A DNA stretch of 64,000 nt from Octopus vulgaris (GCA_951406725.2 OX597839.1:37758001-37822000); one strand, 5' to 3'; counted from the stretch's first letter, positions 27,391 through 41,810 are shown. Notes: generated by a model from the letters alone, not told the origin. Numbers and translations are program-made.

Positions 27391-28439
27391 GCACACCCGT
27401 ACACAGACTAACATCACCATACGTATATGTATATATATATAAACATACAAACGCATACATATATACGCATATATATATATATGCGTTTATATGTGTATAT
27501 ATATATATATATATATACATACATACGTACATAAGGTTATAAATACATGAACACAAGCTACACGCATACACGCGCTTTCTCTATCACATACACTCACACA
27601 CACATACAAACCCACACATACTCTAAACCAGGTGGAATTAATTACACAAAAACCTAAACAAAACAAAACACAAGGCTAACACAAGATGGCGGCACTAATG
27701 GAAGGAAAATTTGCTATTTTGTACTTTAAACTTTATTTAATGTTTTTATTCAATTTACTCTGATTATTCTCTGTCTGACTCTCTCTTTCTCTTTCTCTCT
27801 TTCTCTTTCCCCTCCGGGGGCCATTTTAAAACTGGTCCTCATTTCGCCTATCAACAACCTTTCTCTAACCGTCCTCGCCGACTCCACCAACACCAACACC
27901 ACCACAATCATTATCATCGTTATCGCTATCATCATGGTCATTATTATCATTATCGTCACCACCACCACCACCACCACCACCACCACCACCACCACAACTA
28001 CCAGTAGCAGCAGCAGAAGCGAAACCACTACCCGCCACCACCTCCACATCCATCACATCCACCTCCCCATCCATCGCATCCACCTCCACCACCACCACCA
28101 CCACCACCACCACCACCACTTCCACAGCCGCCGCCGCCGCCGCCGCCACCACCACCACCACCACCACGACGTTCGTCGTCGTCGTCGTCGTCGTTATTTA
28201 TGTTGTTATTGCTGTTGATTAGTTGTAATTGTACCCCTTGTTGTTGTTATTGTTAATGTTAATATTGTTGTTGTTATTGTTATGGTTGTTTTGCTGCTTC
28301 CCGACTCACCGCTATCGTGGCCACCACGAGGATTATACTAGAACTGATTCAAAATTGCCTATAACTCTCATTAACAGAAGGACACAGATCGCTCAAAATG
28401 CATATGTTGGGAAAACGGATCTTCCTCTATACAACGCCA

Positions 28440-28900
28440 CCACACAACATAGTTTCAATCGCAAGCAATGTCTTTGTGTAATCATTGACCCCATCTTACG
28501 AATCCTCTTTGAAAAAAATACCGGTATAACCATTGTTGTACCCAGTTTTTTAGAGTTACCTTCACCTCACCTTTCTTGTCAAATCGTCTTCACAAAAGAC
28601 TGCCCTTCATTGCTGCAGGTAGAAGTCTCAATGCGTTAGATTCAGGCTGAGCAGTGGATGGAAGAACCGTTGATCAGCCCAATTTGCTGATTGCCTGATT
28701 TGTTGCCGAAGACATATATTGCTACAACCACTATTACCTCGTCTGCGACATGGCGTCGTTGCCCTCCGATCTCCCTAAGACTTGCCAGGCTTAAGTTATA
28801 CCAATATACACGCTTTGAAACAACATTAGATTAAGATAACGATGCATTAAAACCATATAATCCGTTGTAGGCCGTCGTATGTCGACGTTGACTGTGTTCA
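28440..28900 (-). mobile_element. Highly decayed mariner-type transposase C-terminus
   Basis: Minus strand HPLLSLNLTH*DFY (cf. HPPYSPDLAPSDF) then RRFDKKGEVKVTLKNW...FFQRGF...NYV. Confidence 0.55.
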
Positions 28901-29039
28901 GAAACCATCGCCGGCAGGTTCACATGTGGGCTACACGGCCTATTCTTGAGCTGCTGCCAGCGAAGTTTCTCTCTTTTCTGTTTCTTGTCAATAGATCAGC
29001 AACAACAAAAACAACAGCAGCAGCAGCAACAACAACAGC

Positions 29040-29134
<95 letters not shown>

Positions 29135-29144
29135 TAGCAACAAT

Positions 29145-29176
<32 letters not shown>

Positions 29177-29307
29177 CGACAATGATAGTAATGATTTCAT
29201 TTATTTGCCACCAAGGCGAAGGATGAGGGGGACAATACAAAAACAAATACAAAGTGTGGGGGGTTTACATAGAATAAAATGATAGGGAAAAAAGGTTAAG
29301 TATACCG

Positions 29308-29732
29308 AGGCGCAGGAGTGGCTGTGTGGTAAGTAGCTTGCTAACCAACCACATGGTTCCGGGTTCAGTCTCATTGCGTGGCATCTTGGGCAAGTGTCTT
29401 CTGCTATAGCCTCGGGCCGACCAATGCCTTGTGAGTGGATTTGGTAGACGGAAACTGAATGAAGCCTGTCGTATATATGTATATATATATGTATGTATGT
29501 GTGTGTGTGTGTGTTTGTGTGTCTGTGTTTGTCCCCCTAGCATTGCTTGACAACCGATGCTGGTGTGTTTATGTCCCCGTTACTTAGCGGTTCGGCAAAA
29601 GAGACCGATAGAATAAGTACTGGGCCTACAAAGAATAAGTTCCGGGGTCGATTTTCTCGACTAAAGGCGGTGCTCCAGCATGGCCGCAGTCAAATGACTG
29701 AAACAAGTAAAAGAGTAAAGAGTAAAAGAGTA
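29308..29732 (+). mobile_element. Full-length SINE family A
   Basis: Complete head, internal microsatellite and tail. Confidence 0.93.
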
Positions 29733-29744
29733 GACAATGGAAAG

Positions 29745-30130
29745 GAAGAGACATATAAATGATGTACAAAGGTTTAAAGAAAAGGTGGTTGGGAGGAGGA
29801 TGATAGAGATGTAACCTTCCTGATACAAGAGGACCTCTAGGGGTAATTGAGGAACCCCACTGTCCGAGATTTCCCTGGAACCCTAGGAGCAAATGTCCTC
29901 TCAAAATCCTTCTCTCCGACTCACAGGTCTACACTTAGAGGGGTACACTTAGAGGCAATTCCCTCTCCACTCTCAATTTCCATTTCAAGTGAAACTTGAA
30001 GAAGTCAATGAGAGTTCTACCAGAGAGGAATGTGTCGGTCCTCATGCCTTTCAGCCTTGTCCAGCAGACAACCTTTTTTGTCACAAGACTTCTTTGCCTG
30101 CCCGATTGAAGGAGGGCGGCGGGGAAATCA
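29745..30130 (-). mobile_element. Diverged Tx1/L1-type LINE fragment related to 20551-21568
   Basis: Reverse complement TGGACAAGGCTGAAAGG...TTCCTCTCTGGT...CTTCTTCAAGTTTCACTTGAAATGGAAA aligns with ~20908-21010. Confidence 0.8.
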
Positions 30131-30269
30131 ACACTACAAACTCAACCGATAGACGGATCAATGATGATGATGATGATGATGTAATAATAATAATAATAAT
30201 GATAACAGCAACAATAACAAGAACAACAACAACAACAACAACAACAATGATAATAATGATGCTGTCTCT

Positions 30270-31150
30270 AGGGTGGGGGATAATAAAGAAGTTCTTACGG
30301 TCTTCTACCATGCCGTATATTTTGCCACAAATAAATCTAATACTGTACAAACCTACTTAAACTGGAGACAGAAACACCTTGAAGTAAGACCCTACTTAGA
30401 TAGAAACAAACTTGACAATGTCAGAAGAAACATTATGGAAAAGAAATTATTTACTGAATTAGAGACTGACCAAATTGAACAATCAGTAAAGGATAAAAGG
30501 AACGAAGCTGCAGCTAAAGAAGATACCACAAAGGAAATAATTATAGACCAGCCCAGGGCTGATGATAATGCAATAGTGATTGAAAGAGTTAATGCAACTG
30601 ATAAGCAAAGTGAAATACTCTCTGAACCAACTATAAACACTAAGGCAGATGAAAATGAAACAGATTAAGGAAGTCACACAGAAATTGACCCAACAGAACT
30701 CCATGATCAGAAAAATCAAATCATGATTGAATGGTTGAAATTTAAAGAAACCAGTATGGATGAATGCGACACTCTTCCAAAAATTTGCAGCTCTAACCAA
30801 AACCTGAAAATAATTGGTAAAATCCGCTTGCACTTAAGGATATAATTTCAGCTAATGATGTTAATATTACAGATCTCAACTATCTGCGCTTTGCATCCGC
30901 GAACATTTCAACGATTCTATGTGGTGAAAAGAATAGAAAATGACATAATTCCCACAAAAAGCCTTCTTGGCAAGAGCGTATTCAACACCAAACTACTTAG
31001 GACTGACGTTGAATGTTTAAAAAACCTTAAGTTTAACAAGACTATCAAAACAAAAACCCGATAATTAAAGAAAAAAATATAATACGAAAACCATATTTGA
31101 CATCAATATCACCATAGAGACCATCAAGCAAAAATTATGTGCTAAAGCTG
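30270..31150 (+). mobile_element. R4/Dong-clade LINE, decayed N-terminal ORF region
   Basis: TYLNWRQKH..RPYLDRNKLDNVRRNI, TLPKI, PSWQERIQH and TIKQKLCAKA resemble R4/Dong N-terminal motifs from memory; follows an (AAT/AAC)n tract. Confidence 0.65.
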
Positions 31151-31151
31151 A

Positions 31152-31208
31152 ATCCGGAACCATGTGGTTGGGAAGCAAGCTTTTTATCACACAGCCAGTC
31201 CTGCGCCT
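31152..31208 (-). mobile_element. SINE family A head fragment
   Basis: CCGGAACCATGTGGTTGG...CACACAGCCAGTCCTGCGCCT. Confidence 0.85.
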
Positions 31209-31373
31209 ATATATATAGTGACGTATAAGTACGCACGTGGGTCCGCGAGCGTACATGTAAGCGTATGACTAGATTATGAAATTTTAATCTTATTTTATAT
31301 AAGTAGCAGAATTATAACACAGTAATTTCCCTTTATATAACGGTATTTTTTCATAGCGTTTTTTCAGATGGCC

Positions 31374-31436
31374 AGATAACCGAAGAGATGGTGTTGTGGA
31401 TTTCCACTTCGGCATCTGAAACTCAGAGTTTTGTCT
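31374..31436 (+). ncRNA. Hammerhead-ribozyme-like motif in an element ending at (TA)n (~31340-31540)
   Basis: AGAUAA-CCGAAGA-GAUG..GUGGA/UCCAC..CAUC-U-GAAACUC(A)GAGU-U-UUGUCU; stems I, II and III all pair. Confidence 0.65.
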
Positions 31437-31555
31437 TGACTATTGAGTAATTGTAACATATTATTTTATAGATAAATTTCCTCTATTTACATAATATTGA
31501 GGTCTTTTTCTTTCTTTTGTTATCTTACCGTTTTTACCAATATATATATATATAA

Positions 31556-31651
<96 letters not shown>

Positions 31652-31673
31652 TTCTATATATATATACATATAT

Positions 31674-31714
<41 letters not shown>

Positions 31715-32789
31715 GTATATATATATATATATATAAATAAATGCATACATACATACATACATACATACAAACATACATACATACATACATACATACATAC
31801 ATACATACATACATACATACATACATACATACGGATATACACATATAGATACACAAACACAAACGATTGTATTTACGAAGTATAGAAAAAGAGTACTCAA
31901 TACAAGAGATGAGTTTTTAAATGCTGAAACTGTATTTTCACAAGTTGTAGCTCCTAGTTTTGCGGCTTCAGTCCTCGGGTAATTTCGTAAAATTAGTTAG
32001 CGCTGCACTTTATATATGAACCGATTTTAAATAAAGGAAAAAAAAAGCAAACAAAACGAGAAAGGAAAATAATTAAAAGACACGAGATGTTTAAAAAAAA
32101 ATTCCCATTAAAATATAAAGTACACAACGTCTTTTTACAAGAAGCAAGTTAAATAAACGTGTGACAGACTGACAGAATGATTAAAAGAACAAAATGGCTG
32201 AATAAATTCGAAAATAAACTAAACTTGATAAGATACACTATAATAAACAATAAATTAATACATAAATAATATATAATACCAATAAGAACAACATATAAAT
32301 AATACCATCAGCAGCATAAAAAAAAATAAAAGAAATGGTATTTAAAATAACTAAATAAATGAGAGAAAAGTCAGGGCAATTTTGATGACGTTAGATTTTT
32401 TTGTTGGTACATGCATCATGAAAATAAACGAGAACGCATTGATTGCATGCGAACGGCAGAGCCATGTTTTCGCTTAAAGCAACTTGTGTCTATAAACGAA
32501 TGAATGTAATCCATATTATGGCATCGCATTTGTCTAATGAAACTCCGGGTGATAGGAACATTGCGAAAAAGGTTTTTTTTTTTTTTTTTCAATATGGAAG
32601 CAAGATTCTATGAAATTACTTTTAAAAGTTCCCAATCGCAATGTTTCAAACATGAATAGCTCCTGTTCAATGGGTATATACATGTGCGTGTGCGCGCGTA
32701 TGCATATAATATATATGCATACATATATATATGTAGATATATATATATATATATATTATTATATATATCTACATATATATATATGTATG

Positions 32790-32825
<36 letters not shown>

Positions 32826-32890
32826 CATACATATATATATGTAGATATATATAATATATATATATATATGTATAAATGTCTCTCTTTCTG

Positions 32891-32923
<33 letters not shown>

Positions 32924-33457
32924 ATATATATATATGGATGTAGATATATAATATATATATGTATACACACACACACACACGCATATTCATACTTGTCTGT
33001 CTGTCTATCCATATCATTAGTGGTTTGAGGTTATCCGAAAATGAATATACACATATACTCGCAAGCAAACATGCGTTCAAAGAACATTTAAGCGCATGTA
33101 TATATATATATATACACAGACGCACATGCATATACACACGCACACACACATACACACTCACATATTCATGTGTAAATATGTGCATTGTATATGAGTGTAC
33201 ATATACATATATGTATGTATATATATATATGTGTTTGTATATTTGAGAATAACATATAAATATACGTATATATATATAAATATCTATCTATCGCTTTCTT
33301 TCTTTTTCTTCCTCTCTCCGTATCTCCATCTCCGCATTTCTTCCTCTCTCCGTATCTCACACACATACACATATTAGTTTTGGTGATAGAAACACGAGAA
33401 ATTCAACTCGATGCACAATGTAGAACATATCTACCAACAGGAACGCTACAACAGCAG

Positions 33458-33524
<67 letters not shown>

Positions 33525-33571
33525 AACTACAACAACAACAACAACTACTACAACAACAACAACAAACAACA

Positions 33572-33644
<73 letters not shown>

Positions 33645-34040
33645 GTACTTCTGATGTCCACAGAGTGATGACCAGACTATGAAAGTCTCAACCACGGTCG
33701 AACAATGATGATGATGATGGTTCTTATGAGTGGTGAGTATTGAAGGCAATGTCACACAACTTCGCATCTTTCCATAAGGTCTTACAATTTATGCCGATGG
33801 ATATGTTGAAGTGCTGCAGACAATTCTTAAACCCTGGATGAATTGAAGGCCATACGCAGTAGAAGGCTATACGTGTTCTAAAAAGGCTCGACACCTTCTT
33901 ACAAGGTCCACGTAATGCAAGAATGAACGCCAGACAATATTTAGCGATCATTTAACACCAAATTTGTGGCCTCCAAACGCGCCAGATTGAAGTCAAATGG
34001 TTTAACTACGTGTAGAGCGTTGTCAAAAAGGAGACTAACC

Positions 34041-34269
34041 TATTTCTTTATTACACACAAGGGGCTAAACACAGAGGGGACAAACAAGGACAGATATAGG
34101 TATTAAGTCGATTACATCGACCCCAGTGCGTAACTGGTACTTAATTTATCGACCCCGAAGGGATGAAAGGCAAAGTCGACCTCGGCGGAATTTGAACTCA
34201 GAACGTAACGGCAGACGAAATACCGCTAAGCATTTCGCCCGGCGTGCTAACGTTTCTGCCAGCTCGCCT
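34041..34269 (-). mobile_element. Full-length SINE family B with 5-bp TSD TAACC
   Basis: TAACC at 34036-34040 and 34270-34274; removing the insert restores the transposase frame E-T-N-Q-H. Confidence 0.93.
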
Positions 34270-34448
34270 TAACCAACATTCTCACAATGGCATAGCTTCA
34301 GTGAAGGCTGCCGTTGTCCAGGTGATGTCCAATATGATTAAAGACCATTTAGTACAGATATGTCAACAATTTCAGTCCCACGTTGAAGCAATCATCGAAG
34401 CAGAAGGTGGATTCATAAGAATAATCTTAGAAAGCTCATACAGAACAT

Positions 34449-34842
34449 TTACTCTTTTACTTGTTTCAGTCATTTGACTGCGGCCATGCTGGAAGCACCG
34501 CCTTTAGTCGAGCAAATCGACCCCGGGACTTATTCTTTTGTAAGCCCAGTACTTATTCTATCGGTCTCTTTTGCCGAACCGCTAAGTAACGGGGACGTAA
34601 ACACACCAGCATCGGTTGTCAAGCAATGCTAGGGGGACAAACACAACACACAAACAAACAAGCACACACATACGTATACATATATACGACAGGCTTCTTT
34701 CAGTTTCCGTCTACCAAATCCACTCACAAGGCTTTTGTCGGCCCGAGTAGAAGACACTTGCCCAAGGTGCCACGCAGTGGGACTGAACCCGGAACCATGC
34801 GGTTGGTAAACAAGCTACTTACCACACAGCCACTCCTGCGCT
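34449..34842 (-). mobile_element. Full-length SINE family A
   Basis: Matches family A. Confidence 0.92.
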
Positions 34843-35297
34843 ATATTTGCATAGATATTTATTAAAACACGTTTGGTTTTTTTGCTAAATTAGATTTGTT
34901 TTATCAAATTATCAAATATGTCCTCAAATACCTCTCACACTTCACACACAAACCTACATACTTATGTATAAATATTTATCAGGCAGTAACAACGTAAATA
35001 ATTCAGAGATAATAATGAAGAAGAAATACAACCAGAAGTAGTTATTATTGAAATTAAAGTGAAGTAAAGATCAGCAATGGTTTAACAATGACTACACTCT
35101 TCTGTTAATTGAGGTAATTTTTGAAAAGTTTTCAGGTATTAATCATTTGTCCCTTGGTGTGAAATTTCCCACCTTCATCAAAATAAACGTTTAGGAAAAC
35201 AGCAGTAGATGATAAATAATATATATATATATATATATATAATACACACACAGACACGCACACACATATATGCCTAAATAATTAACCATTGTTGATG

Positions 35298-35366
<69 letters not shown>

Positions 35367-36045
35367 ATACACACACAGACATTTATGTTTTTCATTACAT
35401 TCATATACATATATATATATATATATGTGTGTGTGTATATATATATATATATCTAATAAAATTAATAACAGAACACAAAGGATATACACGTGTTTCAAGC
35501 TTTATAAATAATCCGTTATATATGTATGTTTGTCTGTGTGTGTGTGTGTGCGTGCGTATATATATATATATCAAATAAAATTAAAAACACAACACAAAGG
35601 ATATCGCGGTACACGTGTTTCAAGATTTATAAATAATCCGTTATATATGTATGTTTGTCTGTATGTGTGTGTGTGTGCACGCGCGTGTGTGCGTGTGTGT
35701 GTGTGTGTACTTGTGTGTAAAAGATTTGCCATAAATACTTGATACAGTGATACTATTTGAAAAACGGTTCTCTTAAAATAAAAGTTATTCGCCCCATCAG
35801 AAAATTGTAGAAAAATAGAAAAAGAAAACCAGAATGGCATTATAGGAACCGAACTCATGGTAAATTCCTCTCGTAATGTTTATGTTACGTTCACAATTAA
35901 GGTCATTGCCAACAAAAATCTGCCAGCCTTTTAGCAACTCCGAATAACCCGTCCTTGTTTTCTTTGTATCGTCTATCTGGATGTTTTGTTGTCCCTTTTC
36001 TTGAATCATTCAAATGTCTGGATGTTTTGCGTTCTTGTCCCATTT

Positions 36046-36090
<45 letters not shown>

Positions 36091-37464
36091 TATATATATA
36101 TGGAATATATATAGAAAGTAGGTTTGAATGCAATTTAAAAATTATCTTGTTATGGATAATTCGGTTAAAATTTACAACATATATACCTTTGGTAACAGGG
36201 TAGACATAAAAGTTCAACAAGTTCTTAAAATATTGGGTACAAAGAGAAGTAATCATCCATTCTTTCTTTTATACATATATATATATATACATGTTACTTT
36301 TGATATCTTTTCAACAGAGACATAAACACAAACATTTCAAACCTTCTTTCGTATATATATATATATATACAGAGAAATACACACACACACACTAAGATAA
36401 ATGCCCCTTCTCTCGTTTCAGAATATACTCCGTAGACAATAGACTGAACAAGAATGTAACAATCCTCGTTTCCACCATTCCTACTGCTAACGTGTTATTT
36501 CATTTTTGTGTCGATGTGAGAAATCATGTGTTAATTGCCATACATAATTCATATATTTCGATTAATTAAAGAATTATGATTAACCACATATAATTCATTT
36601 ATTTATAATAACACGAGTGAAAGAGTATGTTCTAGGTTAATGAGCGAAACCGTAAACCAGATTATAACAACAGTAATCCATATATGGATTTTTACAATTA
36701 ATAAAATGATCCAAGATTTAGGATTTGTGTATTAATAATGAATTATAATTAGAATTACGATGAGTCTTCTGTCTTTATTTCGTGGGGTTAATTGGATTTA
36801 GTACTAATTGGAGACATTTGATTCAAGGTGTATAATTGGGGATAAATGTCCTAATTAGCCCAGTGAATAGATAAAGGCTAATATAAGTCTGTAGTTTACG
36901 AGGGCAGCCCTTTACATTAATGGTTATCAGATATTTTTACTGTTGCCCCCTTTTTTCCTTTACTTTCTCTACGTCTCTCTTGCTACCCAGGTAACGTTCT
37001 CATCACCATTTTTCATGTACGAGCACGTGATATTTGGCAAAAGTCATTTACTTCTGCTTACTAGTTTGACTAGTATATCCACACACACACAACAACAACA
37101 GCAACAACAATAATAGTAATAACAACACAATAATACCAATAATACTTGAATGGAATTTATAAACATCTAATACTTCGCTACACGCGTTTCCACAAATCAC
37201 ATGTCTCTTAAGATCACAGTCCATATTCCTGGGGTGATTACAGTGTAGTCCGTAGTATCCGTGGGCACCGGGTTGATCAACTTCCTGGATTCGTTTTTTC
37301 AGGTTTGTTTATAAATTCAATCCAAGGATATTACTTTTATTATTGTTACGATATTTATCCTACATTATATCGGTACAGCTCGATGCAAAAAAAACTGGTT
37401 CACGGCATAATGGAATAGGAATTTTATTTGCATAGTCAAAACGTTTCCCGTAAACAAATTTTAT

Positions 37465-37845
37465 GTGTGGTAAGTAGCTTGCTTACCAACCACACGGTTC
37501 CGGGTTCAGTCCCACTTCGTGGTACCTTGGGCAAGTGTCTTCTACTAGCCTCGGGCCGACCAAAGCCTTGTGAGTGGATTTAGTAGACGGAAACTGAAAG
37601 AAGCCCGTCGTATATATGTATATGTATATATATGTGTGTGTGTGTTTGTGTCTGTGTTTGTCCCCCCAACATCACTTGACAACCGATGGTGGTGTGTTTA
37701 CACGTCCCCGTAACTTAGCGGTTCGGCAAAAGAGACCGATAGAATAAGTACTAGGCTTACAAGGAATAAGTCCTGGGGTCGATTCGTTAAACTAAAAGTG
37801 GTGCTCCAGCATTGCCACTGTCAAATGACTGAAACAAGTAGAAGA
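37465..37845 (+). mobile_element. SINE family A, slightly 5'-truncated
   Basis: Matches family A. Confidence 0.92.
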
Positions 37846-38880
37846 ACAGACCCAACTTTGCGTATTAGACCTGGAATAATTTATTAGACATATTTTTGAA
37901 AATAAAAAAGTGTGTGTTAATGCTATCAAATACAGTATAAAATTAATTAATATTAATTAATGTAAATCAAAATTAATTTAAAGCAATGTTTATCCCAAAT
38001 CACACTGCCGGCTATGCTAGTCATTAACAGTTGCTGGTTTAGATACGAATGGGACGGTAGAGTTTACTGAAGACGTCAGTCCACATTGTCTAAAAAAAGG
38101 TACCATACGGAGGTAGGGATAATTATTGTCGATGTCATTATTCTGATCCTGTTGTAAACAGGTACGATGTGGAGGCACGACCCGCGGGCCACGTAACATA
38201 CTTATATCCACCAGCGTCGCCGCCTCCGCCTCCGCTGCCACCGCCTCGCCGAAGCCGCTACCACCGCCACCGTTGTCATTAAATCCCGAGTACAAACTTC
38301 ACCATTACCTGAATCAACACCAGATATGACCATCACGACTATCAAGCTCATCGTCACCACCAACAATACCAGCAGCACCAGCAGCAGCAGCATCAACACC
38401 GCCGTTGCCACCATCGCCACCACCACCACCACCACCACCACCACCACCACCACCACCACCACCACCACCACCACCACTACCACCACCACCACCACCACCA
38501 CCACCACCACCACTACCACCACTACCACCACCACCACCACCACCACCACCACCATGAGCAACATTATGACTAACCATTTCACTTCTACCACAACGGTCAT
38601 CTCACTACCCCCCCACCAATCCTATCATCAATGGCATCATCATCATCATCATCATCATCATCAATATCATTACTAACGTTACAATGCCTACCACCATCAC
38701 CCCCTGCACCACCACCACCACCACCAACAACCACTAATAAGACTAAGCAATCTCCTACCACTACCATCAGCTCGGCCGCCACCGCCGCACACGCTGACAA
38801 CACCAACACTATTATTGTACATTGAAATCTATCAATTTTCCTCTTCGCTACATCACTTGAGAGCTTGATGTGTGTATGAA

Positions 38881-38974
<94 letters not shown>

Positions 38975-39061
38975 AGTACAAGCTCATATATTTATCTATA
39001 CACACATGCATACGCACATAAATATATCTATATATATATATAAATATGTACATATGTATGT

Positions 39062-39137
<76 letters not shown>

Positions 39138-39223
39138 GTATATATATACATACATATATATACACATTATATATATACATATACATATGCATACATAAAT
39201 TGATACGTACATAATAACATTCA

Positions 39224-39279
<56 letters not shown>

Positions 39280-39320
39280 TATAGATATATATACATATAT
39301 ACATATATGTATATATATAG

Positions 39321-39415
<95 letters not shown>

Positions 39416-40280
39416 CTTATATATTTATATATATATATTATAGATATATATATGAGACGTAGATGAGAAGGTAATTAGATATAGGAGCATTCAGGTGTAT
39501 ACGTGTGTATATGATTGTACGTGAGCGTGTATGTATGCACATGTGTGCAGGTGTACGTATGTGTAATCATGCTTGTGTGTGTGTGTATATGTGTTTGTGT
39601 ATGTTTGTGTGTGAAAAATATAATGTCAATTTCGTTTGCTAGAATATTTTTGGTACCAAAGTTGTTGGTTAAATTATTTTTGTGATAGATTTTGTTAACT
39701 GATGATGGACACACGGACAGACATATAGACAAGCGGACAGACAGACAGACAGACAGATAGAAAGACAGACCGACTGACATATAGACAGAGAAATACAGAC
39801 ACATATGAACTGATAGACATATAGACTAATGGACGAACACGCATGCGGACAAACAGACAGATGGATATAGAAACATATAGAGAGACGGAGGAGAGCCATA
39901 AAGACGTAGAGACGGACAGACTTATACGGACATATAAATACAAGACAGACAAGTTTATAAATTGACGGACAAACATAGAGACAGATAGATAGACAGACAG
40001 ATTGACATACAGTAAGATAGACAGATAGACAGATAAAGAGATAGATGGATAGATAGATAGACAGACAGACAGACTGTATGTAATTTAGACAGATAGATAG
40101 ACAGAGAGATAGATGGATAGATAGATAGATAGATAGACAAGTTTATAAATTGACGGACAGACATAGAGTAAGACAGATAGACAGATAGAAAGACAGACAG
40201 ACGGACATATAGATAGATAGACAGACATACATATATATACATATATATATATACAAATATATATATATATATACACACAC

Positions 40281-40306
40281 ATTTCCATTATTTTGTCCAA
40301 CCCCTA
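40281..40306 (-). mobile_element. Isolated Tc1-like terminal inverted repeat end in (TA)n
   Basis: Minus TA-TAGGGGTTGGACAAAATAATGGAAA resembles Tc1 TIR starts. Confidence 0.45.
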
Positions 40307-40308
40307 TA

Positions 40309-40348
<40 letters not shown>

Positions 40349-40429
40349 CACACATATACACACATGACCTCGCTAGCAATTGAATAATATGCTTTCATTA
40401 ACAGTGATTATGAAATTTGCAGATGTATT

Positions 40430-40475
40430 TGAATGACCGTAGTTTCGATCATAGCAGAACATCGTCAGTTATAAC
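40430..40475 (-). ncRNA. Hammerhead-core-like motif with poor stem I
   Basis: Minus: CUGACGA-U-GUUC(UGCUAU)GAUC-GAAAC(UACG)GUC. Confidence 0.45.
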
Positions 40476-41810
40476 TTACGTAAACCACCGTTCCGGTGAC
40501 TCTCGGCTACTAAAAGATGCATAAATAAATACAATAAAATTATTTTTCTTATACAAGGCTTTGTAAAATATCAGGTTTTAATATCGTTCTTGTTGAATTA
40601 TTTTTGAAATTTATTAATTTTTTTTTGTGTGGGAAGACTTTTAGATTAAAAAGAACATTGAATGAGCCTCAGGGGAAAATTTTCTTTCTGTTATATTACA
40701 AAACGGACGAATTTCTTTCTCAAAAATTTCAACAAAATTTATGAATTTTTCAGCGGATATAGTATAAATGCCAGTTATTCTTTAACACCTACAAGAAAAC
40801 TAATTTCATTGTATAATTACAGTATCCTTGATCAAGATACAAACAGGACAAACAAAAGCGGAAATAACTGCAACCGCTGAAATAGCGAATAGTGTACCTT
40901 GGAGACAAGCTGTGTATGAATAATTATATAGCGTATGAGGTCATCGAAAGTAAAATGAAAATGAAGCTGCTGTACTATGTCTTGTGTTAATTTAACAAAC
41001 TTATTTAAAAACCGACTATACAAGCATATAAGCTCTTTCAAACAATGTCACAAAAAATCCACATCATTCTGGAACCATATCTGTCAAAGGAAGAATTTAG
41101 ACTACAGACTTAACATGGTCTATCTTGGAGAGAATACTCTCTTTCAGTAATGGTTCAAAACGGTAGAATTTGTTTGATTTAAGGATGTCATATCTTAAAC
41201 AATCACACATCAATACAATTAGAAAGACAACTCGATCTGTTTACGTATTGCTTTGACATTTAGAGATACCTCCATTTAATGCTATCGGATATGATCCGGT
41301 CTCAAAATTTTTCAGACATGCTTGGATAGCGTCGAGGAATTCAAGAAAATGCAGTCTTGTCTTCACGGAAAGAATACAAATCGTTCCAAGTTGAAAGACC
41401 TCAGTGAGCTGTGAAATAATGGGAATGCAGTATACGCTATGTGTCTCCACGAAGATAAACTCATCCTGTCTAATTGGAAAATCACTTCAACACCGTATTA
41501 GCAGTATCACATCTCATTCATACATAGATGGTTCGGTACATCCTCTATAACCAGCTTTCTTTTCTTTTTCTATTTTGACATTTCAAAGAACGTAGCGTAA
41601 GTTTTATAAATCTCAGTGACCGGCTCAAAATTTATATTTCTTCACTGGTAGCTTCTTTTCTCGTAATTTCACATATAACTTACCGTCGGCCAGGTTCGAC
41701 ACTCTGATGCTTGGATACAAAGTGATTAGGTTTCGTTTTATTCCAAATGAAGTAAAACATTTTTGCTTCATCACTTTTGCTTCATCATGTGTGTGTGTGT
41801 GTTGTATGTA

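Larger units (their letters stand above)
33725..34945 (+). mobile_element. maT/DD37D-like mariner remnant interrupted by two SINEs
   Basis: GYVEVLQTILKPW, DHLTPNLWPPNAPD, ETN/QHSHNGIASVKAAV...FQSHVEAIIEAEGGFI; D-D spacing too decayed to count; right boundary approximate. Confidence 0.75.

Noticed and set aside
35140-35810. Further hammerhead-like fragments (UUGAUGAAGGUG at ~35170 minus; CUGAUGG...GAACCGUU at ~35765-35800 minus; also 88-128, 42626 and ~43712-43755)
   Set aside because: One core box or the stems are missing; too decayed to call
40500-41700. Possible Penelope GIY-YIG remnant upstream of the 40430 motif (…LLKESIL…)
   Set aside because: Only a few residues of resemblance among many stops; cannot be supported without a profile search
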